Notes: a model not told the origin generated them from the sequence alone. A stretch of DNA of 64,000 bases from Clostridia bacterium (GCA_017522345.1 JAFWZN010000049.1:7274-71273), one strand, 5' to 3'. Positions 39,005 through 49,495 are shown, counted from the first letter of the stretch. Made by a program: numbers and translations.

Positions 39005-40237
39005 TTATAGAATGTGCCGAAAGTTGATTCTGAATTCCGTGCCGCCGCTTTCGGTTGATTCGACGTCGATGGAAGCCTGATGCGCGTCGGCAACGCTTCT
39101 TGCGATGGAAAGACCGAGCCCGTGCCCCTCCTGAGCGCGGGTTTGGGCGTTTTTCAAGCGTCTAAAGCGGTCAAAAATATACGCGATTTCGTCTTTTGAT
39201 ATGTAGGTAGACGCATTATAGATAGAAAGCACGATTTTTCTGACCTGCTTTTCAAGTCGGATGCGCACCAGCCCCCCGTTTTTTTCATACTTGAACGCGT
39301 TTTCGATGATCGCTGTGACCATCTGCGAAAGCGCTTTTTCGTTTCCGCGGATTTCGACGCCGTCCTGAATGTCGGTTTCAAGCGTAATGCCTTTGTCGAA
39401 GGCCACGGCTTCAAACTGAAGCGTTTGACCAAAAACGAGGGCGGAGAGATTTACGTTTGTGAAATCCGTGCGGCGCACGTTCAGATCGCTTTGCGTAAGC
39501 ACCAGCATATCGCGAATCAAGTCGTGCATGCCGCCGGCTTCTTCCTCCGTTGCTGTCAGCCAATGGTTGGCTTCCTCGTCGTTTTTCATGGAGCCGCTTC
39601 GTAAAATTGCGATGTTGGCCAGAATGACGGTCAAGGGCGTTTTAAGCGCGTGGGATGCGTCGGCGATAAATTGTTTTTGCCGCTCCCACGCGTTTTCCGT
39701 GGTTAACAGCGCAAGCTTTGCAACCGGTATGCTGACGGCAATTACGAGCGCAACGGCGCAAGCCCCAATCAATGTGAGAAGCTTTATAAGCTTGATCATT
39801 TCCGCGCGAACCGGGCGCGTGCTGGCGATTCCGATGGAAACCGAGCCGTCCGGGTTTGGAATCTTTGCAAAATGCATATCGTCCGCAAGGTCGCCCGTCT
39901 GATTCTCGCTTGCCAGCGCGGCGGTTACCTTTTCTTTGAGCGCCGCTTGTTCAAGATGAGCGCCGCGCATCTCAATATGAATAATCTCGCCTTTTTGGGG
40001 GTCCGCCACTACAACGATATGCGCCGTCGGGGCGAACATGTGCCCGGGCGCGGGCGCGTCCAATGAAACGGGCGTTTCTTCGATGGAATTCGTCGCGGCT
40101 TTTATGAGATACGCTTCAAGCTCGTCAATATGAGCGTCATAGGTGAAAAAGCAGATGAGCAAAAAAACCAGTATCAGCACGATGCCGACATACAGGGTAT
40201 TGGTTACGATAAACTTTGTGCGGAGGCGTTTAAGCAC
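39005..40237 (-). CDS. two-component sensor histidine kinase
   Basis: Two TM segments, H-box FIADASHALKTPLT and G-box GHGLGLSIA. Confidence 0.9.
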   Translation of the reverse strand: MLKRLRTKFIVTNTLYVGIVLILVFLLICFFTYDAHIDELEAYLIKAATNSIEETPVSLDAPAPGHMFAPTAHIVVVADPQKGEIIHIEMRGAHLEQAALKEKVTAALASENQTGDLADDMHFAKIPNPDGSVSIGIASTRPVRAEMIKLIKLLTLIGACAVALVIAVSIPVAKLALLTTENAWERQKQFIADASHALKTPLTVILANIAILRSGSMKNDEEANHWLTATEEEAGGMHDLIRDMLVLTQSDLNVRRTDFTNVNLSALVFGQTLQFEAVAFDKGITLETDIQDGVEIRGNEKALSQMVTAIIENAFKYEKNGGLVRIRLEKQVRKIVLSIYNASTYISKDEIAYIFDRFRRLKNAQTRAQEGHGLGLSIARSVADAHQASIDVESTESGGTEFRINFRHIL

Positions 40238-40240
40238 GGT

Positions 40241-40918
40241 TTATCCCTCCTCCTGAGAGAGCCGATAGCCGATTTTCTGAAGATTTTTGATGGTGACCGA
40301 GGAATTCAAAAATCGAAGCTTCCTTCGTAAGAAGGAGATGTAAGCTTCCAGATTATTGTCCTCTACGCCGGACTCCGCGCCCCATACGTTTAATATGAGG
40401 GTTTCTTTTAAAACGGCGGATTTGGGGTTGTTCATCAATAGGCGCATGACCTCAAATTCCTTCGGGCTCAGATGGACGGAAGCGTTTTCCTTTTTAAGGT
40501 CGCAGCCGGTCAGATCGAGCGTTATGTCGGCGTAGGCGAGCTCGTCTAAAACGACTTCGCCGCTTCGCCTGGTCAGCGCATGAATGCGCGCAATCAATTC
40601 CTCCGTCGCAAAGGGCTTTGTCATATAATCGTCCGCTCCGGCATTTAAGCCGTTGACCTTATCGGGAACGGAGTCTTTTGCCGTCAGCATGAGAACGGGG
40701 GTTGATACTTTCTTCGAGCGGATGGTCTGAACGACTTCAAACCCGTCAATGTCCGGCAGCATAATATCCAGAAGAATAATGTCGTATGGAGCGCACAGCG
40801 CGTATTCCACGCCGCTTTTTCCGTCGTATACGACGTCCGTAACAAAGGCTTGATCTTCAAATATGCGCTTGAGCGCGGCGGCTAAGCGTTTCTCGTCTTC
40901 AACAATTAAAGCGCGCAT
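40241..40918 (-). CDS. OmpR-family response regulator
   Basis: MRALIVEDE...DIILLDIMLPDIDG...LTAKD and a winged-helix C-terminus ending GYRL. Start set at the ATG at 40918 after GGAAAGGAGG; the 389 aa ORF is an artefactual extension. Confidence 0.92.
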   Translation of the reverse strand: MRALIVEDEKRLAAALKRIFEDQAFVTDVVYDGKSGVEYALCAPYDIILLDIMLPDIDGFEVVQTIRSKKVSTPVLMLTAKDSVPDKVNGLNAGADDYMTKPFATEELIARIHALTRRSGEVVLDELAYADITLDLTGCDLKKENASVHLSPKEFEVMRLLMNNPKSAVLKETLILNVWGAESGVEDNNLEAYISFLRRKLRFLNSSVTIKNLQKIGYRLSQEEG

Positions 40919-41090
40919 GCATATCGCGCCTCCTTTCCCACCTATATCATAGCACAAGATTACAGAATTTACAAATGGTGACGAACGCAAATTTGATTTT
41001 TTTGTGAAGAAACGGAAAGATGCGTCGCTTTTTAAGAGAATTTTCAGCTTGACGGGTATGATAACAAGGTAGAGATGCATTATTGGCCGA

Positions 41091-41969
41091 ATGGAGGCTT
41101 TTTTCGTGAAAAAAGAGAGAATTGCGGTTATTACCGACACCGCCTCGGATCTTGACAAGGAATATCTGAGCGCGCACGAGGATTTGTTTGTTCTGCCTTT
41201 GAGACTGAATGTGGGGGACAAAAGCCTTATCGACGGCGCGGACATCACGACGGAGGAGGTGCTTGCGCGCATGGAAGCGGGCGAGACGTTCAAAACGTCC
41301 CTGCCGAGTCCCGAGGACGCGGAAAGGATTTTGGCCGAAATCAAAGCGCGCGGCATCAAAAAGGTTGTTTCGGTGCACATTGCCTCCGGCCTCTCCGGCA
41401 CCCTTGCCATGATGCGCCTGATGGCCGATCAGCACAAGGACGAGCTTGAGATTAAATTTTTTGACACCAAAATCCTCTCCATGAGCGAGGGCTATATGGT
41501 CAAAAACGCGGTCGAGCTCGTCGAAAGCGGTTATCCGTATGAAACGATCATCGAAAAAATGACGGCGCTTCGAAACGATGTGGACGGATATTTCTACATT
41601 CCGACCCTTAAATACTTAGCTGCGGGCGGACGTATCGGAAGCGTCGCCAAATATCTTGGAAATCTCATGAACATCAAGCCCCTTATCGGCTGCGAGCCGG
41701 AAGAAGGCAGATATTATCCCAGAAAAATCTGCATCGGCGCAAAGCGCACCATGCTCGCGGCGCGGGACGAGTGCAGGGCGTTTGTGGAAAACAGAATAGC
41801 GGAAGTCACGGTTCTGCACGCCGGTGCAAAGGAAGAGGCTGAAAAGCTGGCTGCGTCCATCAAGGCGGTTTGCCAGAATGTGAAAACGAGCATCAGCGAG
41901 CTTACGCCCTCCCTGTCCGTACATGTAGGACGCGGCATGATGGCGGTCTGCACCAGAAGATTTTCGTAA
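41091..41969 (+). CDS. DegV family fatty-acid-binding protein
   Basis: IAVITDTASDL, KTSLPSP, SGLSGT and GGRIG motifs. Confidence 0.88.
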   Translation: MEAFFVKKERIAVITDTASDLDKEYLSAHEDLFVLPLRLNVGDKSLIDGADITTEEVLARMEAGETFKTSLPSPEDAERILAEIKARGIKKVVSVHIASGLSGTLAMMRLMADQHKDELEIKFFDTKILSMSEGYMVKNAVELVESGYPYETIIEKMTALRNDVDGYFYIPTLKYLAAGGRIGSVAKYLGNLMNIKPLIGCEPEEGRYYPRKICIGAKRTMLAARDECRAFVENRIAEVTVLHAGAKEEAEKLAASIKAVCQNVKTSISELTPSLSVHVGRGMMAVCTRRFS

Positions 41970-42083
41970 AACACATAAAGAACGTCGGGCGAAAAAGTCC
42001 GGCGTTCATATGTTTTTGGGGATTGTATTTCTTCTCTTTTAATGTTAAAATATGATTATGCATAATTTGGAGGTGTACGCAGT

Positions 42084-42992
42084 ATGAAGATTGCGGTTCA
42101 GACCGGCGGTATTTTGGATCATTTCGGCATTGACGAGGGTTTTCGCATCATCAAGGAAGCGGGCTTTGATGCGGTGGATTTCAATATTGACCACTGCCTG
42201 AGCGGCTACAACATCAAAAACAACATCTGCGAGAGCGTTCTGGACGCGCCCATTGAAGAAATTCTGGAGAAAACGCGTCCCTATAAGGAAGCCGCCGAAA
42301 AATACGGCGTCACCTTCTATCAGGCGCACGCGCCGTTTCCGTTCTATTCCGACGGAAACACCGAAATGAACGAGTATCTTTTCATGATTATGGAAAAGTG
42401 CTGCGCCATCTGCGACTATGTCGATTGCAGATATATGATCGTTCATCCCGCCTTCAACGGTTACGACAAGTGGCTGGAGCACGACGACGAATGGAAGCTG
42501 AATATTGAAAGATACTCCCGCCTCATCCCGGCGCTTAAAAAATACAACATCACCTGCTGCCTTGAAAACATGTTTACCGGCCGTGATGGCAAGATTTACG
42601 GCGCGGTATGCTCCGATATGTATGAAGCGGCTGCATATATTGACGAATTGAATGCGATTGCGGGCGAGAAGAAATTTGCGTTCTGCTTCGATACGGGTCA
42701 TGCGCTTTTGGTCGGAAAGGACGTATACAACGCCCTTCTTCAGATCGGCGACCGCGTGGAAGCGTTCCACATCCATGATAACGACGGCGCGAGGGATCAG
42801 CACATTATGCCCTACACCGGAAAGCTCGACTGGAACCGCTTTATTGCAGGCTGCAAAGCGATCGGATACAAAGGAACGCTGAGCTTTGAAACGTTCAATA
42901 TCACAAACATGTTTGACAAGGAGCTCATTCCCGACGCGCTTAAGCTGATTGCCGCAACCGGCAGGATGTTTGCAAGAAGAATTGAGGGATAG
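42084..42992 (+). CDS. sugar phosphate isomerase/epimerase (xylose isomerase-like TIM barrel)
   Basis: FDAVDF, CLEN, DTGHA and HIHDN blocks typical of the AP_endonuc_2 / TIM-barrel family. Confidence 0.8.
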   Translation: MKIAVQTGGILDHFGIDEGFRIIKEAGFDAVDFNIDHCLSGYNIKNNICESVLDAPIEEILEKTRPYKEAAEKYGVTFYQAHAPFPFYSDGNTEMNEYLFMIMEKCCAICDYVDCRYMIVHPAFNGYDKWLEHDDEWKLNIERYSRLIPALKKYNITCCLENMFTGRDGKIYGAVCSDMYEAAAYIDELNAIAGEKKFAFCFDTGHALLVGKDVYNALLQIGDRVEAFHIHDNDGARDQHIMPYTGKLDWNRFIAGCKAIGYKGTLSFETFNITNMFDKELIPDALKLIAATGRMFARRIEG

Positions 42993-43000
42993 CCTCATAC

Positions 43001-43040
43001 AAAAGGCGCTTTGCAGCGATTAAACTGCGAAGCGCCTTTT
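43001..43040. terminator. bidirectional terminator
   Basis: aaaaggcgctttgcag ... ctgcgaagcgcctttt between convergent genes. Confidence 0.85.
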
Positions 43041-43048
43041 CTGCATGT

Positions 43049-43516
43049 TTAGCCTTCCGAAACAGCCTCTACGGAGTGGAATCTTCCAAGAATATAGTAT
43101 TCCAGCCAGCCGGTTCTGAGGGCGGAGGGGTCTTTTGTCAGAATGGTTGCGGTAAACCTCGCTTCTTTAAAGCGGTCGATGTCCTTGGGACCCGCGTCGG
43201 TTAAAAGGACGACGGCGTCCGCATCCGATTTTTTCTCAACAAACTGCGCCCATTCCGCCGGAAAGGGCGAGAAGTTCTTCGCGCTGACGGTTAGGGTGAC
43301 GAAGGAGTATGCGTCGATAGAATCAAGCGTTGAGACGCCCTCATATTTGCCGTTTTCTACGTCTGAAAGAATTTTTCGGAATTCTTCGTTTTTTTCCGCT
43401 GCCGGGACGGCTTCCTGCGTGATTGCGACTTGGAGATTAGAGGAATAAATGTAGTATGCCAAGAGCGAAACAATGACCAGAGTGATGCCGGTTAAGAATT
43501 TTGCGAATGCTTTCAT
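43049..43516 (-). CDS. N-terminally membrane-anchored hypothetical protein
   Basis: TM segment FLTGITLVIVSLLAYYIY and 155 aa. No motif recognised. Confidence 0.65.
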   Translation of the reverse strand: MKAFAKFLTGITLVIVSLLAYYIYSSNLQVAITQEAVPAAEKNEEFRKILSDVENGKYEGVSTLDSIDAYSFVTLTVSAKNFSPFPAEWAQFVEKKSDADAVVLLTDAGPKDIDRFKEARFTATILTKDPSALRTGWLEYYILGRFHSVEAVSEG

Positions 43517-43649
43517 TGATTTTTCTCCAGAATTTTTATCTTCTCTATTGTATCATGCCTTATTCAAAATGTCCATATTCAAAATGATTTGCGTTTTTAA
43601 CGTTTATCGGTTATAATAATACTGAATGCGTGTGCATATGGAGGAAAAT

Positions 43650-46247
43650 ATGGCGGAAAAGATTGTATTGGTAGACGGATATAGTCTGATGTACCGGGCG
43701 TTTCATGTGCTTCCGATTCTGGATAACGGCGAGGGCGTGTATACCAATGCGGTTTTTGGCTTTATGAATATGCTCCTTAAGGTGCTTTCCGAGGAACAGC
43801 CCGATTATCTGGCGGTGGCCTTTGACGAGCACGAAAAGACGTTCAGACACATTCACTATGACGCATATAAGGCGGGCCGCGCGCCCACGCCCGAGGAACT
43901 CAGGCCGCAGATTCCCCTGATATGTGAAATGCTTGAACTTATGGGCGTGCGGCAGATCAGCCTAAAGGGCTTTGAAGCGGACGACCTTCTCGGAACGATC
44001 AGCCAAATGTGTGAAGAGAAGAAAATCGATTGTGTGATCGTAACCGGAGACAGAGACGCCTATCAGCTTGCGGGCGAATACACCACGATTCTGTACACCA
44101 AGCGCGGTATCACCGAAAATGAACGCGTGACGCCCGAGTGGATTAAAGAAAAATATCAGGTCGCGCCCGTTCAGATGATTGATATCAAGGGCCTGATGGG
44201 CGATGCAAGCGACAATATCCCGGGCGTTCCGGGCGTTGGTGAAAAAACGGCGATCAAGCTGATTACGCAGTTCGGCTCCTTGGAAAATGCGCTGGACAAG
44301 GCGGATACGGAGCTTAAAGGCGCGGTGAGAACGCGTCTTATGGAAAACAGAGAGCAGGCGATCGACAGTAAGTTCCTTGCGACCATCGTTCGCAACGCGC
44401 CGCTTGATTTCGATTTTGAAAGCGCAAAAATCAAAAGCTTTCAGCCGGTTATACCGCTTATGAGAAAGCTTAAGCTCAGAAGCCTTGTGGACAGGGTTAT
44501 GAAGTTCACGGGAGATGGGGAAAACGCGCAGGAAGAAACCGGCGGAATTTTAGAAAAAGAGAAAAAAGCGCTTTTAACACTTGAGGGCGAGGACGCGCTC
44601 AGAAAAACCGTTTCCGACATTATAGCCTCCGGCGCGAAGCTTGTTTCCGCCTATGTTGGGGAGAAATTTTCCCTCGCAACCGATCTGGGAGATCGTTTTC
44701 AGATGAATATGGACGGCGATCTGCTGTCGCCCGGCGTCGAGGTCAGCCGGATACTGGACGCCATGAAAGCGTTTGCGTCCCAAGAACGCGCGCGTGTGAT
44801 TTTTCATAATATTAAAGCGTTTGAAGGCGAGATTGACGTTTTCAAGAACGTTTCGGAAGATGCGATGCTTGCATCTTATGTGATCAATCCCCATAGAACC
44901 GCAAGGACGCTGGAAGAAAACTGCGCGTTTTTCGAACTGGAGTTTTCCCGCGAGTGTCCTGCCGAAAGCCTTTTGAGCCTTTTTGCGCTTGAGAGTGAAA
45001 AAATGAGGGCGGACGGCGTCTTCGAATTGTACCGGGAAATCGAGCTTCCGCTGGCGTTTGTTCTTCGCGATATGGAGGACGCGGGCTTTCGGGTGGATAA
45101 GGAATACTTAGGGCGCCTTGGCAAAATCTACAAGGCGCGCATTGACGATATTACAGAGAAGATTTATAAGGAAGCCGGCGAGAAGGGCGCAAAAATCAAC
45201 TTAAATTCGCCCAAGCAATTGGCAAAGCTCCTTTATGAAGACATGGGTATCAAGCCCTTAAAGGGCGGAAAAGCGGGCTTAAGCACCGCGCAGGAAATTC
45301 TAGAGGAGCTTTCCGAACGCCATCCCATCTGCGCGCTGATTCTGGAATACAGAAAATATCAGAAATTAATGAGCACCTATGTGGAGGGGCTGATTCCCAA
45401 ATGCCAAAAGGACGGGCGCATTCACACGTCCTTTGAGCAGGCCGTGACGGGCACGGGGCGCATCTCCTCGCGCGAACCCAACCTTCAGAACATTCCCGTT
45501 CGAACGGAGCTGGGCCGCGAAATCCGCCGCGCATTTGTTGCGGGCGATGGATATACGCTTGTGGACGCGGACTACAGCCAGATTGAGCTGCGCGTTCTTG
45601 CGCATATGTCGGGAGATCTCGGCATGCAGGGCGCGTTTTTAAGGGGAGAGGATATTCACACGCGTACCGCCGCCGAGGTGTACGGGGTGGATATCGAAAA
45701 GGTTACCCGTGAAATGCGTTCGAATGCCAAGGCTGTTAATTTCGGCATTGTCTACGGGATTTCCGATTTCGGCCTTGCCAAAAACATCGGCGTTTCCCGA
45801 TATGAGGCGGCGGAATTTATTAAAAAGTATTTTGAACGCTATCCGAATGTGAAAAAATACATGGATGAGCAGGTTGCCATCGGCAAAGCGCAGGGCTATG
45901 TGTCCACGATTCTGAACAGGCGCAGATACCTGCCCGAGCTTGAAAGCTCGTCGTTCAACATGCGCTCCTTCGGGGAGCGCGCCGCGATGAACAGCCCCAT
46001 TCAGGGAACGGCGGCAGACATCATCAAGCTTGCCATGGTCAGGGTGCACAGGGAGCTTAAGGACAGAAATCTCAAATCGCGGCTGATTTTACAGGTGCAC
46101 GACGAACTGATCGTCGAAGCATGGGAAAGCGAAAAGGAATTGGTTCAGGAGATTCTGATTCGCGGCATGGAATCTGTAATGCAGCTTTCTGTTCCGCTCA
46201 AGGCGGAGCTTTCAACAGGAGGGAATTGGAATGAGTGCAAATCGTAA
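43650..46247 (+). CDS. polA: DNA polymerase I
   Basis: 5'-nuclease N-terminus (LVDGYSLMYRAFH, GDRD, GVPGVGEKTA). Polymerase motifs DYSQIELRVLAH, RSNAKAVNFGIVYG and QVHDELIVE. ATG at 43650 after GGAGG. Confidence 0.95.
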   Translation: MAEKIVLVDGYSLMYRAFHVLPILDNGEGVYTNAVFGFMNMLLKVLSEEQPDYLAVAFDEHEKTFRHIHYDAYKAGRAPTPEELRPQIPLICEMLELMGVRQISLKGFEADDLLGTISQMCEEKKIDCVIVTGDRDAYQLAGEYTTILYTKRGITENERVTPEWIKEKYQVAPVQMIDIKGLMGDASDNIPGVPGVGEKTAIKLITQFGSLENALDKADTELKGAVRTRLMENREQAIDSKFLATIVRNAPLDFDFESAKIKSFQPVIPLMRKLKLRSLVDRVMKFTGDGENAQEETGGILEKEKKALLTLEGEDALRKTVSDIIASGAKLVSAYVGEKFSLATDLGDRFQMNMDGDLLSPGVEVSRILDAMKAFASQERARVIFHNIKAFEGEIDVFKNVSEDAMLASYVINPHRTARTLEENCAFFELEFSRECPAESLLSLFALESEKMRADGVFELYREIELPLAFVLRDMEDAGFRVDKEYLGRLGKIYKARIDDITEKIYKEAGEKGAKINLNSPKQLAKLLYEDMGIKPLKGGKAGLSTAQEILEELSERHPICALILEYRKYQKLMSTYVEGLIPKCQKDGRIHTSFEQAVTGTGRISSREPNLQNIPVRTELGREIRRAFVAGDGYTLVDADYSQIELRVLAHMSGDLGMQGAFLRGEDIHTRTAAEVYGVDIEKVTREMRSNAKAVNFGIVYGISDFGLAKNIGVSRYEAAEFIKKYFERYPNVKKYMDEQVAIGKAQGYVSTILNRRRYLPELESSSFNMRSFGERAAMNSPIQGTAADIIKLAMVRVHRELKDRNLKSRLILQVHDELIVEAWESEKELVQEILIRGMESVMQLSVPLKAELSTGGNWNECKS

Positions 46248-46866
46248 GGCGTATATACTGGGGCTTACCGGCGGAATCGCGTCCGGCAAGTCGGAGGCGG
46301 CAAAGCATCTTGCCTCGCTTGGCGCGGCGTGTATTGATGCCGACGCCATTTCCCGCGCCATGACTGCGCCGGGCGGGCCGCTGCTTCCACAGCTTCGCAA
46401 AGCTTTCGGCGACGAAATCTTTGACGAGGAGGGCAATCTCAACCGCCGCGCGCTTGCAGACATCGTGTTTTCGGATCCTGTGCAGAGAAGAATTCTCGAT
46501 TCCGTGACCCATCCCGCCATTCAGAAAGCCATGATGGACGATGTGGAAAGGTATGAGGAGGAGGGAAGGCAGCTCGTCGTATTAAACGTTCCGCTTTTGT
46601 TTGAAACCGGCATGGACGCGCTTTGCGACGAAACGTGGCTCATCTCCTTGGACCGCGACAAGCAGCTGGAGCGCCTGATGGAAAGAGACGGCCTGACGCG
46701 CGAGCAGGCGAGCGCCCGCATCGACAGCCAGATGTCCTTGGAGGAAAAAGAAGCGCTGGCCACGGTGATTATTGACAACAGAAGAAGTCTTGAGAAGCTG
46801 AAAAGCGAGCTTACCAGTTTGTACGCTTCGCTTGAAAAAAAGCTTCATAAGCTTGAAAACGAATGA
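46231..46866 (+). CDS. coaE: dephospho-CoA kinase
   Basis: LGLTGGIASGKS P-loop and VPLLFE. Overlaps the polA end by 17 nt. Confidence 0.92.
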   Translation: MSANRKAYILGLTGGIASGKSEAAKHLASLGAACIDADAISRAMTAPGGPLLPQLRKAFGDEIFDEEGNLNRRALADIVFSDPVQRRILDSVTHPAIQKAMMDDVERYEEEGRQLVVLNVPLLFETGMDALCDETWLISLDRDKQLERLMERDGLTREQASARIDSQMSLEEKEALATVIIDNRRSLEKLKSELTSLYASLEKKLHKLENE

Positions 46867-47462
46867 GCAAAGGAAAAAAACGATCAGGCAAACGCATCTT
46901 TCTTCCGCTTGCGCTGCTCTTTGTTCTCGCAATCCTCTTTGTGTGCGTGCTTCCCGATGCGCTTGAAAGGGTAAATTATCCTGTCCGATACGCGGAATGG
47001 ATCGAAGAATTTGCCGAGGATTACGGGCTTGATCCCGCGCTTGTGGCGGCGATTGTTTATACGGAATCGGGCTATGACGTAAATGCGACAAGCGCTGTCG
47101 GCGCGAGGGGGCTTATGCAGGTGATGCCTTCCACCGCCGAGTGGATTCACCCAAAGCTTAAAAAGCCCTATCCGTTTGACGCCGACGTTCTCTATACTGT
47201 GGACGGCGCGCTTACATATGGCTGCTGGTATCTTGATTTTCTTTCGGATCTGTTTGACGGTGATCCGTTAAGCGTGATTGCCGCCTATCACGCGGGACAG
47301 GGGAAGGTGCAGTCGTGGCGGAAGGATACTGCCTGCGCGCCCGACGGCGTTCACTTAACGAATATTCCCGAAGGGGCAAAGGCTACGCGGCATTATGTTG
47401 AGAAGGTTAATAAGGCTTATGAATATTACACAAAAATTTATCACGCGGATGCATTCCAGTAA
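46863..47462 (+). CDS. lytic transglycosylase (SLT domain), membrane anchored
   Basis: N-terminal TM, ESGYD..ATSAVGARGLMQVMP and AYHAG motifs. ATGA overlap with coaE. Confidence 0.88.
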   Translation: MSKGKKRSGKRIFLPLALLFVLAILFVCVLPDALERVNYPVRYAEWIEEFAEDYGLDPALVAAIVYTESGYDVNATSAVGARGLMQVMPSTAEWIHPKLKKPYPFDADVLYTVDGALTYGCWYLDFLSDLFDGDPLSVIAAYHAGQGKVQSWRKDTACAPDGVHLTNIPEGAKATRHYVEKVNKAYEYYTKIYHADAFQ

Positions 47463-48984
47463 AAAACGTCTTTTCTGCCTGCTTTTGTGCGCGCTTGTGC
47501 TGTTTACCGGAACGGCTGCCGCAGGCAATGAAGACGTTTTTACCATTGGCATGGTTTGCTCCGCAGGCGCTACGATCAACCCGTACCGCTGCACGCAGAG
47601 GGATTTGATCAGCTTTAACGAGCTTGTGTTTGAATCGGTGCTCGATTTCGACGAGGCGTTCAAGCCCGTAGGAGAGCTTGCGCTTTCCTGGCAGATGGAG
47701 ACGGGCGGCGTGTATACGTTCAAACTGCGCGACAATGTGCGCTTTCACGACGGATCGTTTCTTTCCGCAAACGACGTCGTGGCGGCATATGATTATATTA
47801 TCTCTCTTGGCGACGCGAGCCCTTATTATACCCGCTGCCAGTATATTAAGAAAATGGAGGCTGTTGACCTTTACACCGTAAAGGTTACAGGTAAATACGA
47901 AAGCTATCTGACGCTTTACGCCATGACATTCCCGGTTGCCCATCGCAATACGGTTTCGCAGGAGCTGGCGTGCGGGACGGGGCCGTATTGGTATATCGGA
48001 TACGATCTTGAGTGGCTGCAGCTGGATATCAACCCCTATTGGTGGAAAAAAACGCCCACGATTTCGACGCTGTTCGGTCTCCGCTACGACGATACAGGAA
48101 AAGCGCTGGTTGCGCTCAGCATGGGGGAGATCGACGCGCTCTCGACGCGCTCTCAAAACGCCGCGCTTTCAAGGCTTTTAAACGACCGAACCGGCGTTGA
48201 CTACACCACGCTCACTTATGAGCTTCTGATTCCGAATCTCAACAGCACGATTTTTGGAAACGTATACACCCGCCAGGCGCTCATGTACGCCATCGACATC
48301 ACAACGATCGCTTCCAACATCTACATGGGCATGGTAACGGAGTCGGAGGTGCCCGTCGTTCCCGGAACATGGCTGTACGAAACGCAATCCGCCGTGTATT
48401 TTGAATCGCAGGAGCGTGCGCTTCAGCTTTTGTATCAGGGCGGCTGGGGCGATTTTAATAACGACGGCATTCTGGATCAGGTTGTAGGCGGCGTTCTTCA
48501 GCAGTTTGAATTTACGATTCTCACTTACGATGACGATACTGCCGGCACGCGCACGCACGCGGCCGAGATGATCCGCGATCAGCTGAAGCCGCTGGGCATC
48601 AATGTGACGGTTTCTACTTCCACCAAATCCGCCGTTCAGAAAAAAATGAAGAACGATGAGTTCGACATGGTGCTTTGCGCCATGAACATGGCGATGCTGC
48701 CCGACCTGACATTCCTTCTGAATTCGCAGGGCAGACTTAATTATTCCGGTTATATGGACGGCGGTATGAACACGCTGCTTGAAGACGTTTACATGACGAC
48801 GGACGAGGCGCAGTTTCAGTTTCTCATGAGCCAGATTCAGATGAAAATCGTAGGCGAGCTTCCGTTTCTGGGCCTTTTCTTCAGAAAAGGCACGATTATG
48901 ACCACGGCCGACATCTCGGGTCTTGCGGCGGTCAGGGAAAACGATGCGTTTAGGGGAATCGAGTACGTTGCGTTCCATGAGTAA
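47449..48984 (+). CDS. family-5 (peptide/nickel type) ABC substrate-binding protein, orphan
   Basis: Signal-like MHSSKKRLFCLLLCALVLFTGTAAAG and an SBP_bac_5-like body (LRDNVRFHDGS...). The start is uncertain; in-frame alternatives lie at 47395 and 47419. Confidence 0.75.
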   Translation: MHSSKKRLFCLLLCALVLFTGTAAAGNEDVFTIGMVCSAGATINPYRCTQRDLISFNELVFESVLDFDEAFKPVGELALSWQMETGGVYTFKLRDNVRFHDGSFLSANDVVAAYDYIISLGDASPYYTRCQYIKKMEAVDLYTVKVTGKYESYLTLYAMTFPVAHRNTVSQELACGTGPYWYIGYDLEWLQLDINPYWWKKTPTISTLFGLRYDDTGKALVALSMGEIDALSTRSQNAALSRLLNDRTGVDYTTLTYELLIPNLNSTIFGNVYTRQALMYAIDITTIASNIYMGMVTESEVPVVPGTWLYETQSAVYFESQERALQLLYQGGWGDFNNDGILDQVVGGVLQQFEFTILTYDDDTAGTRTHAAEMIRDQLKPLGINVTVSTSTKSAVQKKMKNDEFDMVLCAMNMAMLPDLTFLLNSQGRLNYSGYMDGGMNTLLEDVYMTTDEAQFQFLMSQIQMKIVGELPFLGLFFRKGTIMTTADISGLAAVRENDAFRGIEYVAFHE

Positions 48985-49028
48985 ATAAACTGGCGCGGCG
49001 CTATAAAAGCGCCGCGCCAGTTTATTTA
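48982..49028. terminator. strong terminator hairpin (21 bp perfect stem)
   Basis: taaataaactggcgcggcgct ataaa agcgccgcgccagtttattta, immediately after the SBP stop. Confidence 0.85.
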
Positions 49029-49205
49029 CAGACATCACTTTGAGATCGGCGGCTGAGAGGGTGGGCAGCGGCGTCCTGTGTTCAATAATGCTGTCCGCCT
49101 GCCAGCTTTCGTTTTTGTTAGTCAAGATCTTCTGCGCAAAAAATACCGCCCTTCCTTTGACGGATGCGGCAGCTTCCTCGTTATTTATTCACTTTTCCCA
49201 AAAAT

Positions 49206-49286
49206 GAAATGACCCTTGATTGCTTCATTTTTTCGATCTTCCTCTTTCTTTACAAAGGCTGATCATCCGCAATCAAGGGTCATTTC
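49206..49286. repeat. 18 bp perfect inverted repeat with 45 nt spacer in ORF-free DNA
   Basis: gaaatgacccttgattgc (49206-49223) and gcaatcaagggtcatttc (49269-49286). On the minus strand a T5 run follows the second arm. Confidence 0.8.
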
Positions 49287-49495
49287 GGTTCTGTCTTGTT
49301 ATCTAACATCATTTTGTGTACCTCGCTTTCTTTTATTGACCGGTCGGTGTACGGGTCTTGCTTCCACACTGTTTTCTTTTATGCGGTTAAACTCTACCGC
49401 TTTTTAGAAGCGCACCATTTTCTTTCCGGCCTGAACAGGCTTTGTGGGTAACAACCGTGATGTTGTCGGTTTGTTCCTCCCTGTTTTGTGATTAC

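Noticed and set aside
40241-41410. 389 aa ORF that would give the response regulator a 164 aa N-terminal extension
   Set aside because: The receiver domain begins at MRALIVEDE, with GGAAAGGAGG upstream at 40918. The extension is unstructured-looking read-through of the divergent promoter region and overlaps the DegV gene start.
48178-49125. 315 aa minus-strand ORF spanning the terminator hairpin and the 3' part of the family-5 binding-protein gene
   Set aside because: It runs through a 21 bp perfect terminator stem and is antisense to a recognisable SBP. It has no RBS.
49380-49470. Possible SRP/4.5S-like motif (minus strand ...GTTCAGGCCGGAAAGAAAATGG...)
   Set aside because: It only loosely resembles the conserved domain IV sequence as I remember it (GGUCCGGAAGGAAGCAGC), and no matching 3' strand is present.
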